Shown here: piece by piece, positions 9,792 to 18,691 of the stretch
How the letters are laid out: every line of letters starts with the position of its first letter
Numbering within the stretch: position 1 is the first letter of the stretch
Program-made: the position numbers and the translations under genes
DNA from: Candidatus Harpocratesius repetitus
GTDB taxonomy: Archaea; Asgardarchaeota; Lokiarchaeia; Sigyniarchaeales; Promethearchaeaceae
Length of the DNA stretch: 24,000 nucleotides
Reading direction: 5' to 3'
Assembly (NCBI GenBank): GCA_021498095.1
Contig: JAIZWK010000001.1
Span: 716,448-740,447 of the forward strand
The notes under the pieces: model-generated
The model's database searches: none
What the model was told of the DNA's origin: nothing
Seen by the model: only the letters and a program-made list of their open reading frames with translations

Positions 9792-10010
9792 TTTTTATTC
9801 ATGAAGAATGAGATTAATTTGTACCAAAATTTTTAATATTTTTAACATATAAGAAAAATTAATGTTCTTAATACCTTTAAAGTTAGCAGATTGGGATATG
9901 GATAAATTTCGATTGCGATTACAATTATTAAGTGTGTTGGTAATTGTTGTAATACTTATTTATGTTGTTTTTTCTTCGAAAGATAATGAGAGTTAATTTT
10001 TTTTAATTAA

Positions 10011-11225
10011 TTATTTTGGTTTAACTGCAGATACTATTTTGATAATATCATTATTCTTTAATTCATAATGTTCACCTAAACGCATTTTTGATCTTGCATC
10101 TAAACCGTAAATGAAATTCTTTGCTAGATCTGAATGAATTTTTGTTTCAACAAATTTCTTCAATTTTGTATTTTTTAAGACTAAATGTGCATCAGGTAAT
10201 ACATTTCCATCTTTATCAGAAAATGAATTCGTATCATAAACAGGATATACAACAATTTGATTTAATACATTGAAAACAGAATAATTTATTATATCTTGAA
10301 TACCTGTACTATTGTATTTTTTGAGTATTTTTTCTTCAATATTTTTAAGTGCGTTTAGTTCAGATTTTTGCAATTTTTCATTTTGTATTATTTTAAACTT
10401 AGTATCACCTGGTAAATATTCAATAATTCGATCTTCTGCATATTTTCTTAACCAATACTCTGCTAAAGCACTACATGGGATAATTTTCCCTTTATATTTT
10501 CTTTTTAATTCTGTTAACATTTGTTCTCCATTATGCTTATCTATTTTATTTGCTGCAATTATTATTGGTTTTGAAATTTCTCTTAATTTTCTTGCAAAAT
10601 CGAAAATATTGTCATCATTCCATTTTGTTAATTTCTCAAAATCTAGATTAATAGAATTCATTGCATTAAGAATATGTTCTTTTTGAATACCAATTCCAGC
10701 TAACCTTTCATGCAATAAATCTACAAATGATAGTTTTTCTTGTTCAATCTTTCTAACAAATTTTCCCCAATCTTTTTTAATAATAAGATCCTTAAACCAG
10801 AAATTAATTTCATCCTCCAAAAATTTTATATCATCTAGCGGATCTCTTGCCCCTTCATCAATATCTTGACCTTCAGCATCTAGACTTCCAGAAATATCTA
10901 TAACGTGAATTAATACATCTGCTCGTGCAAGATCTGATAAAAATTGATTTCCCATTCCCTTTCCTAAATGCGCATCAGGAACTAATCCTGCAACATCCAG
11001 AAGTTTCACAGGAATAAACCTATTTTGGTTTATGCAAATAGAGTTTTTTGGATTATCTTTAATATTTAATTCTCGACATGCACAAATTGTTCTAACAAAA
11101 GATTTTCCTAAATTTGGTTTGATAGTTGTAAATGGATAATTTGCTGTTTTATATTGAGTCAAACAAGCTGCATTAAGGAATGTACTTTTCCCAGAAGAAG
11201 GTTTCCCAACAATTCCAATAAGCAT
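10011..11225 (-). CDS. Obg-like GTPase of the Ygr210 type (TRAFAC GTPase with C-terminal TGS-like domain)
   Basis: 404 aa. G1 'GIVGKPSSGKSTF', G2 'NYPFTTIKPNLG', G3 'LLDVAGLV', G4 'AANKID', and a C-terminal 'GEHYELKNNDIIKIV' TGS-like beta-grasp. The long insertion between G3 and G4 is typical of the archaeal/yeast Ygr210 subgroup. Confidence 0.85.
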   Translation of the reverse strand: MLIGIVGKPSSGKSTFLNAACLTQYKTANYPFTTIKPNLGKSFVRTICACRELNIKDNPKNSICINQNRFIPVKLLDVAGLVPDAHLGKGMGNQFLSDLARADVLIHVIDISGSLDAEGQDIDEGARDPLDDIKFLEDEINFWFKDLIIKKDWGKFVRKIEQEKLSFVDLLHERLAGIGIQKEHILNAMNSINLDFEKLTKWNDDNIFDFARKLREISKPIIIAANKIDKHNGEQMLTELKRKYKGKIIPCSALAEYWLRKYAEDRIIEYLPGDTKFKIIQNEKLQKSELNALKNIEEKILKKYNSTGIQDIINYSVFNVLNQIVVYPVYDTNSFSDKDGNVLPDAHLVLKNTKLKKFVETKIHSDLAKNFIYGLDARSKMRLGEHYELKNNDIIKIVSAVKPK

Positions 11226-11272
11226 AATTATTAGTATTTTTTAACATTTAAAAGAGTTTGATTTTTAGGAAG

Positions 11273-13852
11273 CTATGAATTTTGACTTAAAAGATATTTT
11301 ATTGCTGGCTCTAATTCGTGAATTATAACATTTTCAATGATTTTTTCATTTGGTTCTTTGATTAACAAAGGTTGTGATTTATTAAGTAAAATTTTTAATT
11401 TTCTATGTAATTCTTTTAATTCTTGCTTGATCAATTTGCTATTTTCAATTATTTGTTTCTTCTTATCTAATATATCTACAGAAGAATTAGGTGATTGTAA
11501 TTTTGGCAGATTATATCCTAAGAAAACCTCATCGCTTTTCTTTTTTAATTCATTAAGATGAATTTCAATCAAATTGATTATTCTGCTTTCTTCAATATTA
11601 AATAATTTAGAATGTGAACTTGCTAAGGTAAAAATGATTTTAAAATCATAATTAGAGTATTTTAATTCTTTTGGAATAAAAATAACATATCTTTTCTCGA
11701 TTTTTTCTTTATATAAATTTTTAGAGAGATTTTGATAAGTTTCTTGACAGTAATTTTTATACAATTCATTTATCCGTAAACCTAAGGAATAAAAATCCAA
11801 AACATGATTTGAATCTTTTTCAATAATAAAAACCTGAAGTGATAATAAATCTTTATTATCTTGGAGATTTTTCTTAAAATCTTGTATATTTTCATTATCC
11901 TCAAAACTATTTTCCGTTTTTAGCGCATTTCTTACAATTTTCAATAATTTCAAGCCATTAAGACAGTCTTCAATTCTTAATTCAGAATTATGCGATTTTT
12001 CAAAAAATTTCTTTAAAAGAATATAGCGCTTTTGAATTTCATTCCATCCTCTAACAGTTAATTGCTCATTCTGAATTTTTGATATCAATTTGTCAAAAAT
12101 GGAGAAAATTTTTGACATAGCTCCCAAGTAGTTATCGCAAAATATGAGTTCTTCAATTTGGTGAATATGCTTTAATAGGTCTTTATAAATCTCATGCATA
12201 ATTCTAAGTTTTCTTTTATTAAAAGTCAAAGTTTCTTCTTTTTCTAAGTTGTTTTGTATTTTTTTCGGTATTTTATCTATTTTTTTAATTAATTTTGGGT
12301 AATTAGTAATATGTTCTCTTTTTTTCAGCTTTGACTTTCGGAAAAATTGATTTTGATTTTTATTCTTTTTAATTATAGATCCTTCAATATTATTCGTGTA
12401 AAGTAGAAAAGGTTTTGCATTTGAGTAGGTTTTAATTATACACATCCCAGTAGGAAGATCTTGAATATTGAATATCTGGTCTTTTTCAATGCCTAAATGA
12501 TAAATGACATCTTCACTTCTTTCATTAAACTTAAAAAACAGTTTTGTTCCTGAGTTTAATATTATGTTTTTACTGATATCCAATGAAGTAGTAATCGAAA
12601 GGAGCCCTTCTCCTTTTCCTCTTAATAATAATGCTATATCTTCTAAATATAATGATACATTCGATAAATTAACAAGTTTATTTGATGCAATGTATGAGAC
12701 ATCCTCAAAAATTGTTAAATGCATTAACTGATCTGTTGGTTTACGATTCATTGCCATTTCCCAAATCCATTTTAGAATTAAATTGGCAAAGAATATTAAA
12801 TCTTGCTTTGAACCACCTAACTTTAAAATACTTCCTAAATCGATAACCGTTTTTCTTTGAAGTATCTCTGAAACTTTTAAAGTTTTATTAGAATCATTAA
12901 ATACAGCACTTAATGGTCCAGAATAAAATCGTCTTAATCTGTTCTTGATGCTAACAATTGTATTTCCAATTTGTGGAATACTATTTTTTAATTGATTTTT
13001 TGAATCATCCAAGATTGAAAAGAATTTATTCCATGTCTTTGGTTCTGATGATTTGCATACTTTATTTAACACATTTACAAGCACACTTTCCATTTGAGGT
13101 GAAAATTCTGAATTGAACTCAAGGATTCTACATGATTTTAGGCTATCAAATAGAATTTCTGCATAATTATCACTAGAAAATATATCCTTATCAAAAAGAT
13201 TAATTGCAAAATTAATTCCTGGTTCTAGTATTAAAAGATCTGGAATAAATGTCTGTAATTGGGTATATTCTCCTTTAAATTCAAATAATGTAAATGGAAT
13301 TGTTTTTAATTTCTTGCTTATTTTTTTTAAGAAATACATAATAAAACTAGTTTTTCCAGTGCCCGTCTGGCCATAAATTAAAATATGTCTTTTTAATTCT
13401 TCAATATCAAGACTAAATTTTTGTAAATAATGATTTTTATAAATGATTACTCCTAGGGGAATGGATTTTCTTCTTTTTCTTTTTGGTTTTTTTGTAGGTT
13501 TATATCCCCACCAAGTACAATTAAAACGTTTTTGGTGAATTCTTTCTATATAAAAAATACCAATAATAAAACAAAAATCGATAATATAAAAAATTTGCAT
13601 TTTAATATTAAATTGGATTAAATTCACAAGAAACATAATTAAGTTTTTAAAGATAATTAAAAATAATAAGGATTTTATGAAAATTGAGTTATAGATTTTA
13701 AATTTTCTCAGTTTCCATATCTGAAATATAAATACACTAAAACTAGCACAAACAATACAAATATTTAACACTAAAGTAATTATCCAGAAATTGTTATACG
13801 TCATTATTAAGGAATCAATTCTAAAAATTGAGGAAATCACGAGTAAAACCAT
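11273..13852 (-). CDS. Membrane-anchored HerA/FtsK-superfamily P-loop ATPase with long C-terminal coiled-coil region (859 aa)
   Basis: About 100 aa of hydrophobic helices are followed by the basic patch 'KKPKRKRRK'. Walker A is 'ILIYGQTGTGKTSF' (aa ~157-170). HerA/DUF87-like blocks are 'TLFEFKGEY', 'TVIDLGSI' and the Walker B-like 'HLTIFEDVSYIA'. Further blocks are 'RGKGEGLLSITTSLDISKNIILNSGTKLFFKFN'. The last ~370 aa are K/E/L/I-rich heptad-like sequence. Confidence 0.75.
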   Translation of the reverse strand: MVLLVISSIFRIDSLIMTYNNFWIITLVLNICIVCASFSVFIFQIWKLRKFKIYNSIFIKSLLFLIIFKNLIMFLVNLIQFNIKMQIFYIIDFCFIIGIFYIERIHQKRFNCTWWGYKPTKKPKRKRRKSIPLGVIIYKNHYLQKFSLDIEELKRHILIYGQTGTGKTSFIMYFLKKISKKLKTIPFTLFEFKGEYTQLQTFIPDLLILEPGINFAINLFDKDIFSSDNYAEILFDSLKSCRILEFNSEFSPQMESVLVNVLNKVCKSSEPKTWNKFFSILDDSKNQLKNSIPQIGNTIVSIKNRLRRFYSGPLSAVFNDSNKTLKVSEILQRKTVIDLGSILKLGGSKQDLIFFANLILKWIWEMAMNRKPTDQLMHLTIFEDVSYIASNKLVNLSNVSLYLEDIALLLRGKGEGLLSITTSLDISKNIILNSGTKLFFKFNERSEDVIYHLGIEKDQIFNIQDLPTGMCIIKTYSNAKPFLLYTNNIEGSIIKKNKNQNQFFRKSKLKKREHITNYPKLIKKIDKIPKKIQNNLEKEETLTFNKRKLRIMHEIYKDLLKHIHQIEELIFCDNYLGAMSKIFSIFDKLISKIQNEQLTVRGWNEIQKRYILLKKFFEKSHNSELRIEDCLNGLKLLKIVRNALKTENSFEDNENIQDFKKNLQDNKDLLSLQVFIIEKDSNHVLDFYSLGLRINELYKNYCQETYQNLSKNLYKEKIEKRYVIFIPKELKYSNYDFKIIFTLASSHSKLFNIEESRIINLIEIHLNELKKKSDEVFLGYNLPKLQSPNSSVDILDKKKQIIENSKLIKQELKELHRKLKILLNKSQPLLIKEPNEKIIENVIIHELEPAIKYLLSQNS

Positions 13853-13936
13853 ACGTAATAAAATGTTTAAAGATAAAAATAACGAAAATTTTAGGCATAA
13901 ATTTAAAATTTTTGTTGACTTAGACTTCCTATCAAA

Positions 13937-13944
13937 GGGGTGAT
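13937..13944 (+). promoter_or_regulatory. Shine-Dalgarno-like site for the thermosome gene
   Basis: 'GGGGTGAT' lies 5 nt upstream of the ATG at 13950. GGTGAT is complementary to the ATCACC of the 16S 3' end present in this same window (9616-9625). Confidence 0.45.
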
Positions 13945-13949
13945 TTGTA

Positions 13950-15533
13950 ATGAGTTTAAACCAACCTTATTTAGTATTAAAGGAAAACACGCAACAATTG
14001 AAAGGAAAAGATGCATTAAAAACTAACATTGAAGCAATTAAGGCAATTGCAGAAACAATTCGAACAACTTTAGGCCCTAAGGGTTTGAATAAAATGTTAG
14101 TAGATTCGTTAGGTGATATAACTATCACTAGTGATGGTAGCAAAATACTAGAAGAATTAAGTATAGATAACCCAACAGCTAAAATGATTGTTGACCTTGC
14201 TAAAACCATTCATAAGAATGTTGGAGACGGCTCAAGTTCTGTTGTTTTATTCATTGGTGCTTTAATGGATAAAGCTGATGAAATGATATCAATGAATTTA
14301 GCACCAACAATAATTTATGAAGGTTATTTAAAAGCTATAAAATTCTTAAAACAAGAAATTAATAATATTTCCAAAAAAGTAACACCAGAAAATACTGATT
14401 TTGTTAAATCTTCAATTGTTCAGACTGCATTACGTAGTAAATCTCTGATGGATGCTCAAGATTTATTTACTAATATCATTGTAGATGCAATTAGTAAAAT
14501 ACAAGAAAATCGAGCAGATAAACCATATATTGATTTAGACAATATCCAGATTATCAAGAAAGAAGGAGAAGGGTTACATTCAACAAGATTAGTTGATGGA
14601 ATTATTATCGATAAAGAAGTTGTTAGTCCAATTCTTCCTAAAACTATCCAAAATGCAAAAATTGCCCTTCTCAACGGTGCTTTAGAGATAGTTAAAACAG
14701 ATTTTTCTTCTGAAATCCAAATTTCTGATCCTGAGGAAATCCAGAAATTTTTAGAACAAGAAGAAAATATGATAAGGGTTTTAATTGAATCCATTCATTC
14801 ATCTGGAGCAAATGTTGTTTTTTGTCAAAAAGGTATAGATGAAACTGCACAGCATTTTCTTTCGAAATATGGGATTCTTGCTGTTCGTCGTGTTAAAAAT
14901 TCCGATATGCAGAAAATTGCTAAAGCTACTGGGGCTAAAATTGTCACTCAAATCAAAGATTTAACTTCATCAGATCTTGGAACTGCAGGAATTGTCAGCG
15001 AACGAAAGATCGGTGGAGATAATATGGTTTTTATTGAACATTGTCATAACCCAAAGGCAATTACAATATTAGTAAGAGGCGGGACTGAAACAGGAGTAAA
15101 TGATGCAGAACGTTCTTTAAAAAACGGATTGAGCGCTCTTAAATCTTTAATTGAAGTACCAAGATTTGTTGGTGGTGGTGGCTCCATTGAAATTGAATTG
15201 CGCAAACGAATCCTTCAATATGCAGAAAAAGTTGGAGGAAAACAGCAAATTTCTATTGAAAGTTTTGCAGATGCTTTAGAAATTGTTCCCACAATATTAA
15301 TTGAAAATTCTGGTAATGATCCCTTGGACATTCTTACATCACTAAGATCTCAAGTCGATTACAGCCAAAACAAATGGTTTGGATTTGATGCAATTTCACG
15401 TAATATTGTAGATGTGCAAAAAGCAGGAATTATTGATTCAATGGAGATTAAATGGCAAATTTACAACCTTGCAACTGAATTGGCTGTTATTTTCATTCGA
15501 ATTGATGATTATATTAAGGCAAAAGGAAAATAG
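13950..15533 (+). CDS. ths: Thermosome subunit (group II chaperonin, CCT/TCP-1 family)
   Basis: 527 aa. Motifs: 'TLGPKGLNKMLVDSLGDITITSDGSKILEEL', 'GDGSSSVV' (a variant of GDGTT), 'ILVRGGTETGVNDAERSLKNGL', 'VGGGGSIEIEL' and 'GIIDSMEIK'. Confidence 0.95.
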   Translation: MSLNQPYLVLKENTQQLKGKDALKTNIEAIKAIAETIRTTLGPKGLNKMLVDSLGDITITSDGSKILEELSIDNPTAKMIVDLAKTIHKNVGDGSSSVVLFIGALMDKADEMISMNLAPTIIYEGYLKAIKFLKQEINNISKKVTPENTDFVKSSIVQTALRSKSLMDAQDLFTNIIVDAISKIQENRADKPYIDLDNIQIIKKEGEGLHSTRLVDGIIIDKEVVSPILPKTIQNAKIALLNGALEIVKTDFSSEIQISDPEEIQKFLEQEENMIRVLIESIHSSGANVVFCQKGIDETAQHFLSKYGILAVRRVKNSDMQKIAKATGAKIVTQIKDLTSSDLGTAGIVSERKIGGDNMVFIEHCHNPKAITILVRGGTETGVNDAERSLKNGLSALKSLIEVPRFVGGGGSIEIELRKRILQYAEKVGGKQQISIESFADALEIVPTILIENSGNDPLDILTSLRSQVDYSQNKWFGFDAISRNIVDVQKAGIIDSMEIKWQIYNLATELAVIFIRIDDYIKAKGK

Positions 15534-15567
15534 TCGATTTTAAAATTAAATTTAGATATTTTAATTA

Positions 15568-15578
15568 TTTTTTTTTTT
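15568..15578 (+). terminator. Oligo-T tract downstream of the thermosome gene
   Basis: T11 run 35 nt after the stop codon, in the convergent gap with tsr3. Consistent with archaeal oligo-T termination, but the AT-rich background lowers confidence. Confidence 0.4.
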
Positions 15579-15621
15579 ATCTTTTCTTTGACTATAAAAT
15601 AAAAGATATATAGAATTAGGA

Positions 15622-16131
15622 CTATTCATATTTGGGTAAAAAATTGCGATTAATTTCCCAAAAAGTAATTCCCCATTTAAATTTCTCTAAAAGATTGTAC
15701 GCTTTTTGCGGAAACCCTGCATAGTATAAAGCAGCTGCTAAAGCTTCTGCAGAACTTAGTTTATCCCATTTTCCATAGTTTACAGTATTAGCTGCAAGTA
15801 AATGTGGAAGTCTGCGTCCTGTTTGAAATTTATGGGTGAAAATCGTATCAATTTGTTCCCACGAGCAATCAATTACAATTATTCCATATTTTGCAATCGA
15901 AATATGATCGTTTTGAGAAATTTCTTTTTCTGAGAAAGGATCCAAGATAATTGCTTTTTTCGGAAATCGCTGCAATTTTTTTCCCATTTTAACCACACCA
16001 AATTTTGCTAGTTTAACAACAGTATTTTTCTTGGGATCATCTTGATTAAGATATAAACAAAATAAACGAGGTTCTTGAGGCTCCATTTTTTGTGAGGGAA
16101 TTTTTATATGTTTGGAAACGTTGACTAACAT
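15622..16131 (-). CDS. tsr3: Tsr3, 16S/18S rRNA aminocarboxypropyl (acp) transferase
   Basis: 'DPKKNTVVKLAKFG', 'IIVIDCSWEQ' and 'RRLPHLLAANTVNYGKWDKLSSAEALAAALYYAGF...FKWG' match the conserved Tsr3/DUF367 core. The true start may be the internal Met at 16086 (MEPQEPRLFCLY). Confidence 0.85.
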   Translation of the reverse strand: MLVNVSKHIKIPSQKMEPQEPRLFCLYLNQDDPKKNTVVKLAKFGVVKMGKKLQRFPKKAIILDPFSEKEISQNDHISIAKYGIIVIDCSWEQIDTIFTHKFQTGRRLPHLLAANTVNYGKWDKLSSAEALAAALYYAGFPQKAYNLLEKFKWGITFWEINRNFLPKYE

Positions 16132-16153
16132 AAACAGTTTTGCATTTGATAAT

Positions 16154-16237
16154 CGCGGGGATAATCAAGTCTGGTCCACGATGCTGGACTTAGGATCCAG
16201 TGCATAGCGCCGCGAGGGTTCGAAGCCCTCTCCCCGC
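16154..16237 (+). tRNA. tRNA-Leu (anticodon UAG), class II with long variable arm
   Basis: Acceptor GCGGGGA/TCCCCGC, 3-bp D stem ATC/GAT, anticodon stem CTGGA/TCCAG with loop CTTAGGA, 13-nt variable region, T arm GAGGG-TTCGAAG-CCCTC, discriminator A. Confidence 0.85.
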
Positions 16238-16518
16238 ATTTTATTCATAAATGGATAAATTTTTCGAATTTATAAGAGAGATGATAAATATCATTACACT
16301 TTTTTAATTTCATTCTCGTCTTTTCGCCAAATTTTACTAATAATAAAAATTGAAATTGTTATAAAATAATACTTTTTCGAAATTTGTAATTATAATAAAA
16401 CTAATTCAGTTGATGTTAGTTTTGTTATGGGATACTGAAATTTTTACGGTATTCTTATTTAGTATATTAGTAATACATAGATTATTAATCAATATATTGC
16501 ACTGCGAAGTTGAAAACT

Positions 16519-17526
16519 ATGAGTGTTAGAGAAAGTTTAGTAAAACATTTATCTACCATCATCCGCTCTTCGAAAGCAACAATAATGGCGCTATTATCTG
16601 ATGAAAATGGCCTAAGTATTGCTAAGACAGGTCGTAGCACAGATTTAATTCTTGATAGTAACGCCATTACCAGTGTTTCATCTGCTGCTTTTTCATCAAG
16701 CGAAGAAAATTGGACTGATTTAGGGATTCAAGATCAAATTATCGCCTTTTCTTTTTTTGAAAAAATTTGTCTTATTACTATCCGTATTCAACAAACTCTT
16801 TTGACTATTGTTCATGATTATAATCTGGACTGGCCTTTAGATGCAGATAGTATAGGCTCAAGTATTTATCACTTAAGACGAGAAATTCATAATTTCTTTG
16901 GTTCAGGGGAGATTAGTGAATCTGAAATAGAAGAATTCAGTAATAATGTTAGAGGCGCGATATATCTAAGTAGCATGGGAACCGAAATTCCATTTGCTTC
17001 TTATGCTCCATCAAATCATCAATCATTAGAATTAAATCAGAATATTTCTGCTATCTTAGATTCAATACAAAATCCAATATTTATTGAGTATGGGTTAGTA
17101 AATTCAAGTGGACTAACAATTGATGCAAGGGATTTATCTCCTGATGATGTAGAATTGTTGTCAGTAGATGCTTTTAGTGCAAATGCTAATGTTGGCTTTC
17201 AAAAGATGGTAGAGGAAGCAGATTCTATGAATATTGGAGGGTTGGTTTCATATCTCTGTGTTTCTGGCCCTGATCCAGAAAATTTCTATGGTATTCTTAG
17301 TAATCCTTGTGGAAAACTGCATTTTAAAGATTCAGCAAGTGGTAGTGAGATTCTTTTACCAGTTTCTTTTGTTTCTTTATTTCCAATGATGTACGGTGCT
17401 GTTCCAGTACTGTGTGAAGCAAGAAATATTGCCCATTCTATTATTGAGGTTATTGGTGAAGATCATATCACCAAAAAATTTATCAATAGTATCAACGTAA
17501 TTGTTAAGTCAAAATACGAAGAATAA
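16519..17526 (+). CDS. Second tandem Roadblock/LC7-domain protein (about 335 aa)
   Basis: The N-terminal unit is 'LVKHLSTIIRSSKATIMALLSDENGLSIAKTG...ITSVSSAAFSSS...IIAFSFFEKICLITI'. The second unit is 'ILDSIQNPIFIEYGLVNSSGLTIDARD...SVDAFSANANVG...LVSYLCVSG'. The ORF track begins at a TTG (16510), and I prefer the ATG at 16519 (MSVRESL...). Confidence 0.75.
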   Translation: MSVRESLVKHLSTIIRSSKATIMALLSDENGLSIAKTGRSTDLILDSNAITSVSSAAFSSSEENWTDLGIQDQIIAFSFFEKICLITIRIQQTLLTIVHDYNLDWPLDADSIGSSIYHLRREIHNFFGSGEISESEIEEFSNNVRGAIYLSSMGTEIPFASYAPSNHQSLELNQNISAILDSIQNPIFIEYGLVNSSGLTIDARDLSPDDVELLSVDAFSANANVGFQKMVEEADSMNIGGLVSYLCVSGPDPENFYGILSNPCGKLHFKDSASGSEILLPVSFVSLFPMMYGAVPVLCEARNIAHSIIEVIGEDHITKKFINSINVIVKSKYEE

Positions 17527-17907
17527 TTTTTTAAGAATTAACAAATAAAATTTTTTTTGTTTTTTCACCAGTATAATATAGATTAACTAGATTAATTGAG
17601 GATATTTTATCATTTTTAATTTAAACGCTTTTTTGAATATCATTTATATATATCTGACTTAAATGTGAAATATCGCAATTCTTTTTTTGTCGAACTCGAT
17701 TTTTTCAAAGAATTTGTTAAAAATTTACCATCTTGTTTATAAATTCTTCAATCTAATGTCTATTTTATTATAATTCTTGATTTACATATCTTGAATTTGG
17801 CACCTTGGTAAAATCGACAAAAAATAAGAAAGGATATTTTAGAATTGAGTCGGGAAAGTTAAGATGATAAAATGAAAAACTTCGAATTTTTAAAATTTAA
17901 AATACCC

Positions 17908-18627
17908 TCAATTGATATTTGAAATTCTTTTCCGGATAGGTTTTTTTGCTACTGTTTTATTCACTTTTCCCTTTTCTTCAGGATAATAGCGCGTTTCAAA
18001 ATCATCCCAAGATTTTGAAAAAACATGATTAGTAAATGCTTCCTTCAATCCTGAAATCTGTTTTAATCGGAGAACTTCATCTTTATCCATTCCTAATTTT
18101 TGGCAAATTTTTTCATCACTCCAACCTTGTCGAACTAAATCTAGTACTATATCAGACATGGAACGAATATGATGCGTTCCTCTCGCTCTATTATGCCGAA
18201 TGGTAGATCCCATGCGTTCATCTAGTGGTTTATCAATAATAGTTAAGGGAAGATGAGCATTTATTCGCTCTTTAATATCTTTGAATTCGCGTCCAACTCG
18301 ATTTCGGTGAAATCCGTCAACAATTTCATAATTTCCGTTTTCTAAGCGATATGCGACAATTGGTTGTGTATAACCATCGGATTTAATTGATTCATAAAGA
18401 AGTTTCATTTCTGGTTGTGCGACTCTGTTTGGATTGTATGTATTCGCCTGTATTTTCTCTATAGGAATCCATAACACTGTATCAACAGGTTCGCTAAATG
18501 GGGAAAACTGCGAGATTTGAGTACGTAATTCATTCAAATATGACACTTGTTCTTCAAATGACATGCTTTCTAGATCTCTACGAATTATTTTTATGATCTC
18601 TTTTATATTATTCATTATATTACTCAC
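17908..18627 (-). CDS. ParB/sulfiredoxin-fold (ParB N-terminal domain) protein, IbrB-like
   Basis: 239 aa. 'IPIEKIQANTYNPNR...LLYESIKSDGYTQPIVAY...NYEIVDGFHRNRVG' is the ParB-N/Srx core with the DGxHR motif. It is followed by 'STIRHNRARG' and an HTH-like 'SDEKICQKLGMDKDEVLRLKQ'. It lies 64 nt downstream of, and co-directional with, the PP-loop gene. Confidence 0.8.
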   Translation of the reverse strand: MSNIMNNIKEIIKIIRRDLESMSFEEQVSYLNELRTQISQFSPFSEPVDTVLWIPIEKIQANTYNPNRVAQPEMKLLYESIKSDGYTQPIVAYRLENGNYEIVDGFHRNRVGREFKDIKERINAHLPLTIIDKPLDERMGSTIRHNRARGTHHIRSMSDIVLDLVRQGWSDEKICQKLGMDKDEVLRLKQISGLKEAFTNHVFSKSWDDFETRYYPEEKGKVNKTVAKKPIRKRISNIN

Positions 18628-18691
18628 TTTTGTATTTTCTTTTTATATCTTTATCTTTCATATTCTTTTTTGTGTTTATTCCCCTTTTTCA

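Noticed and set aside
9862-9996. 44-codon ORF after tRNA-Ala (MFLIPLKLADWDMDKFRLRLQLLSVLVIVVILIYVVFSSKDNES) with one hydrophobic helix
   Set aside because: It is very short, sits in AT-rich spacer DNA, and has no SD-like site or recognisable family. It cannot be supported as a gene without expression or conservation data.
17792-17805. Possible att-like echo of the tRNA-Glu(UUC) 3' flank: 'GAATTTGGCACC' versus 'GAATTGGTGCC' at 21194-21204
   Set aside because: The match is short, gapped and mismatched, mostly falls outside the tRNA body, and has no integrase nearby. It cannot be distinguished from chance.
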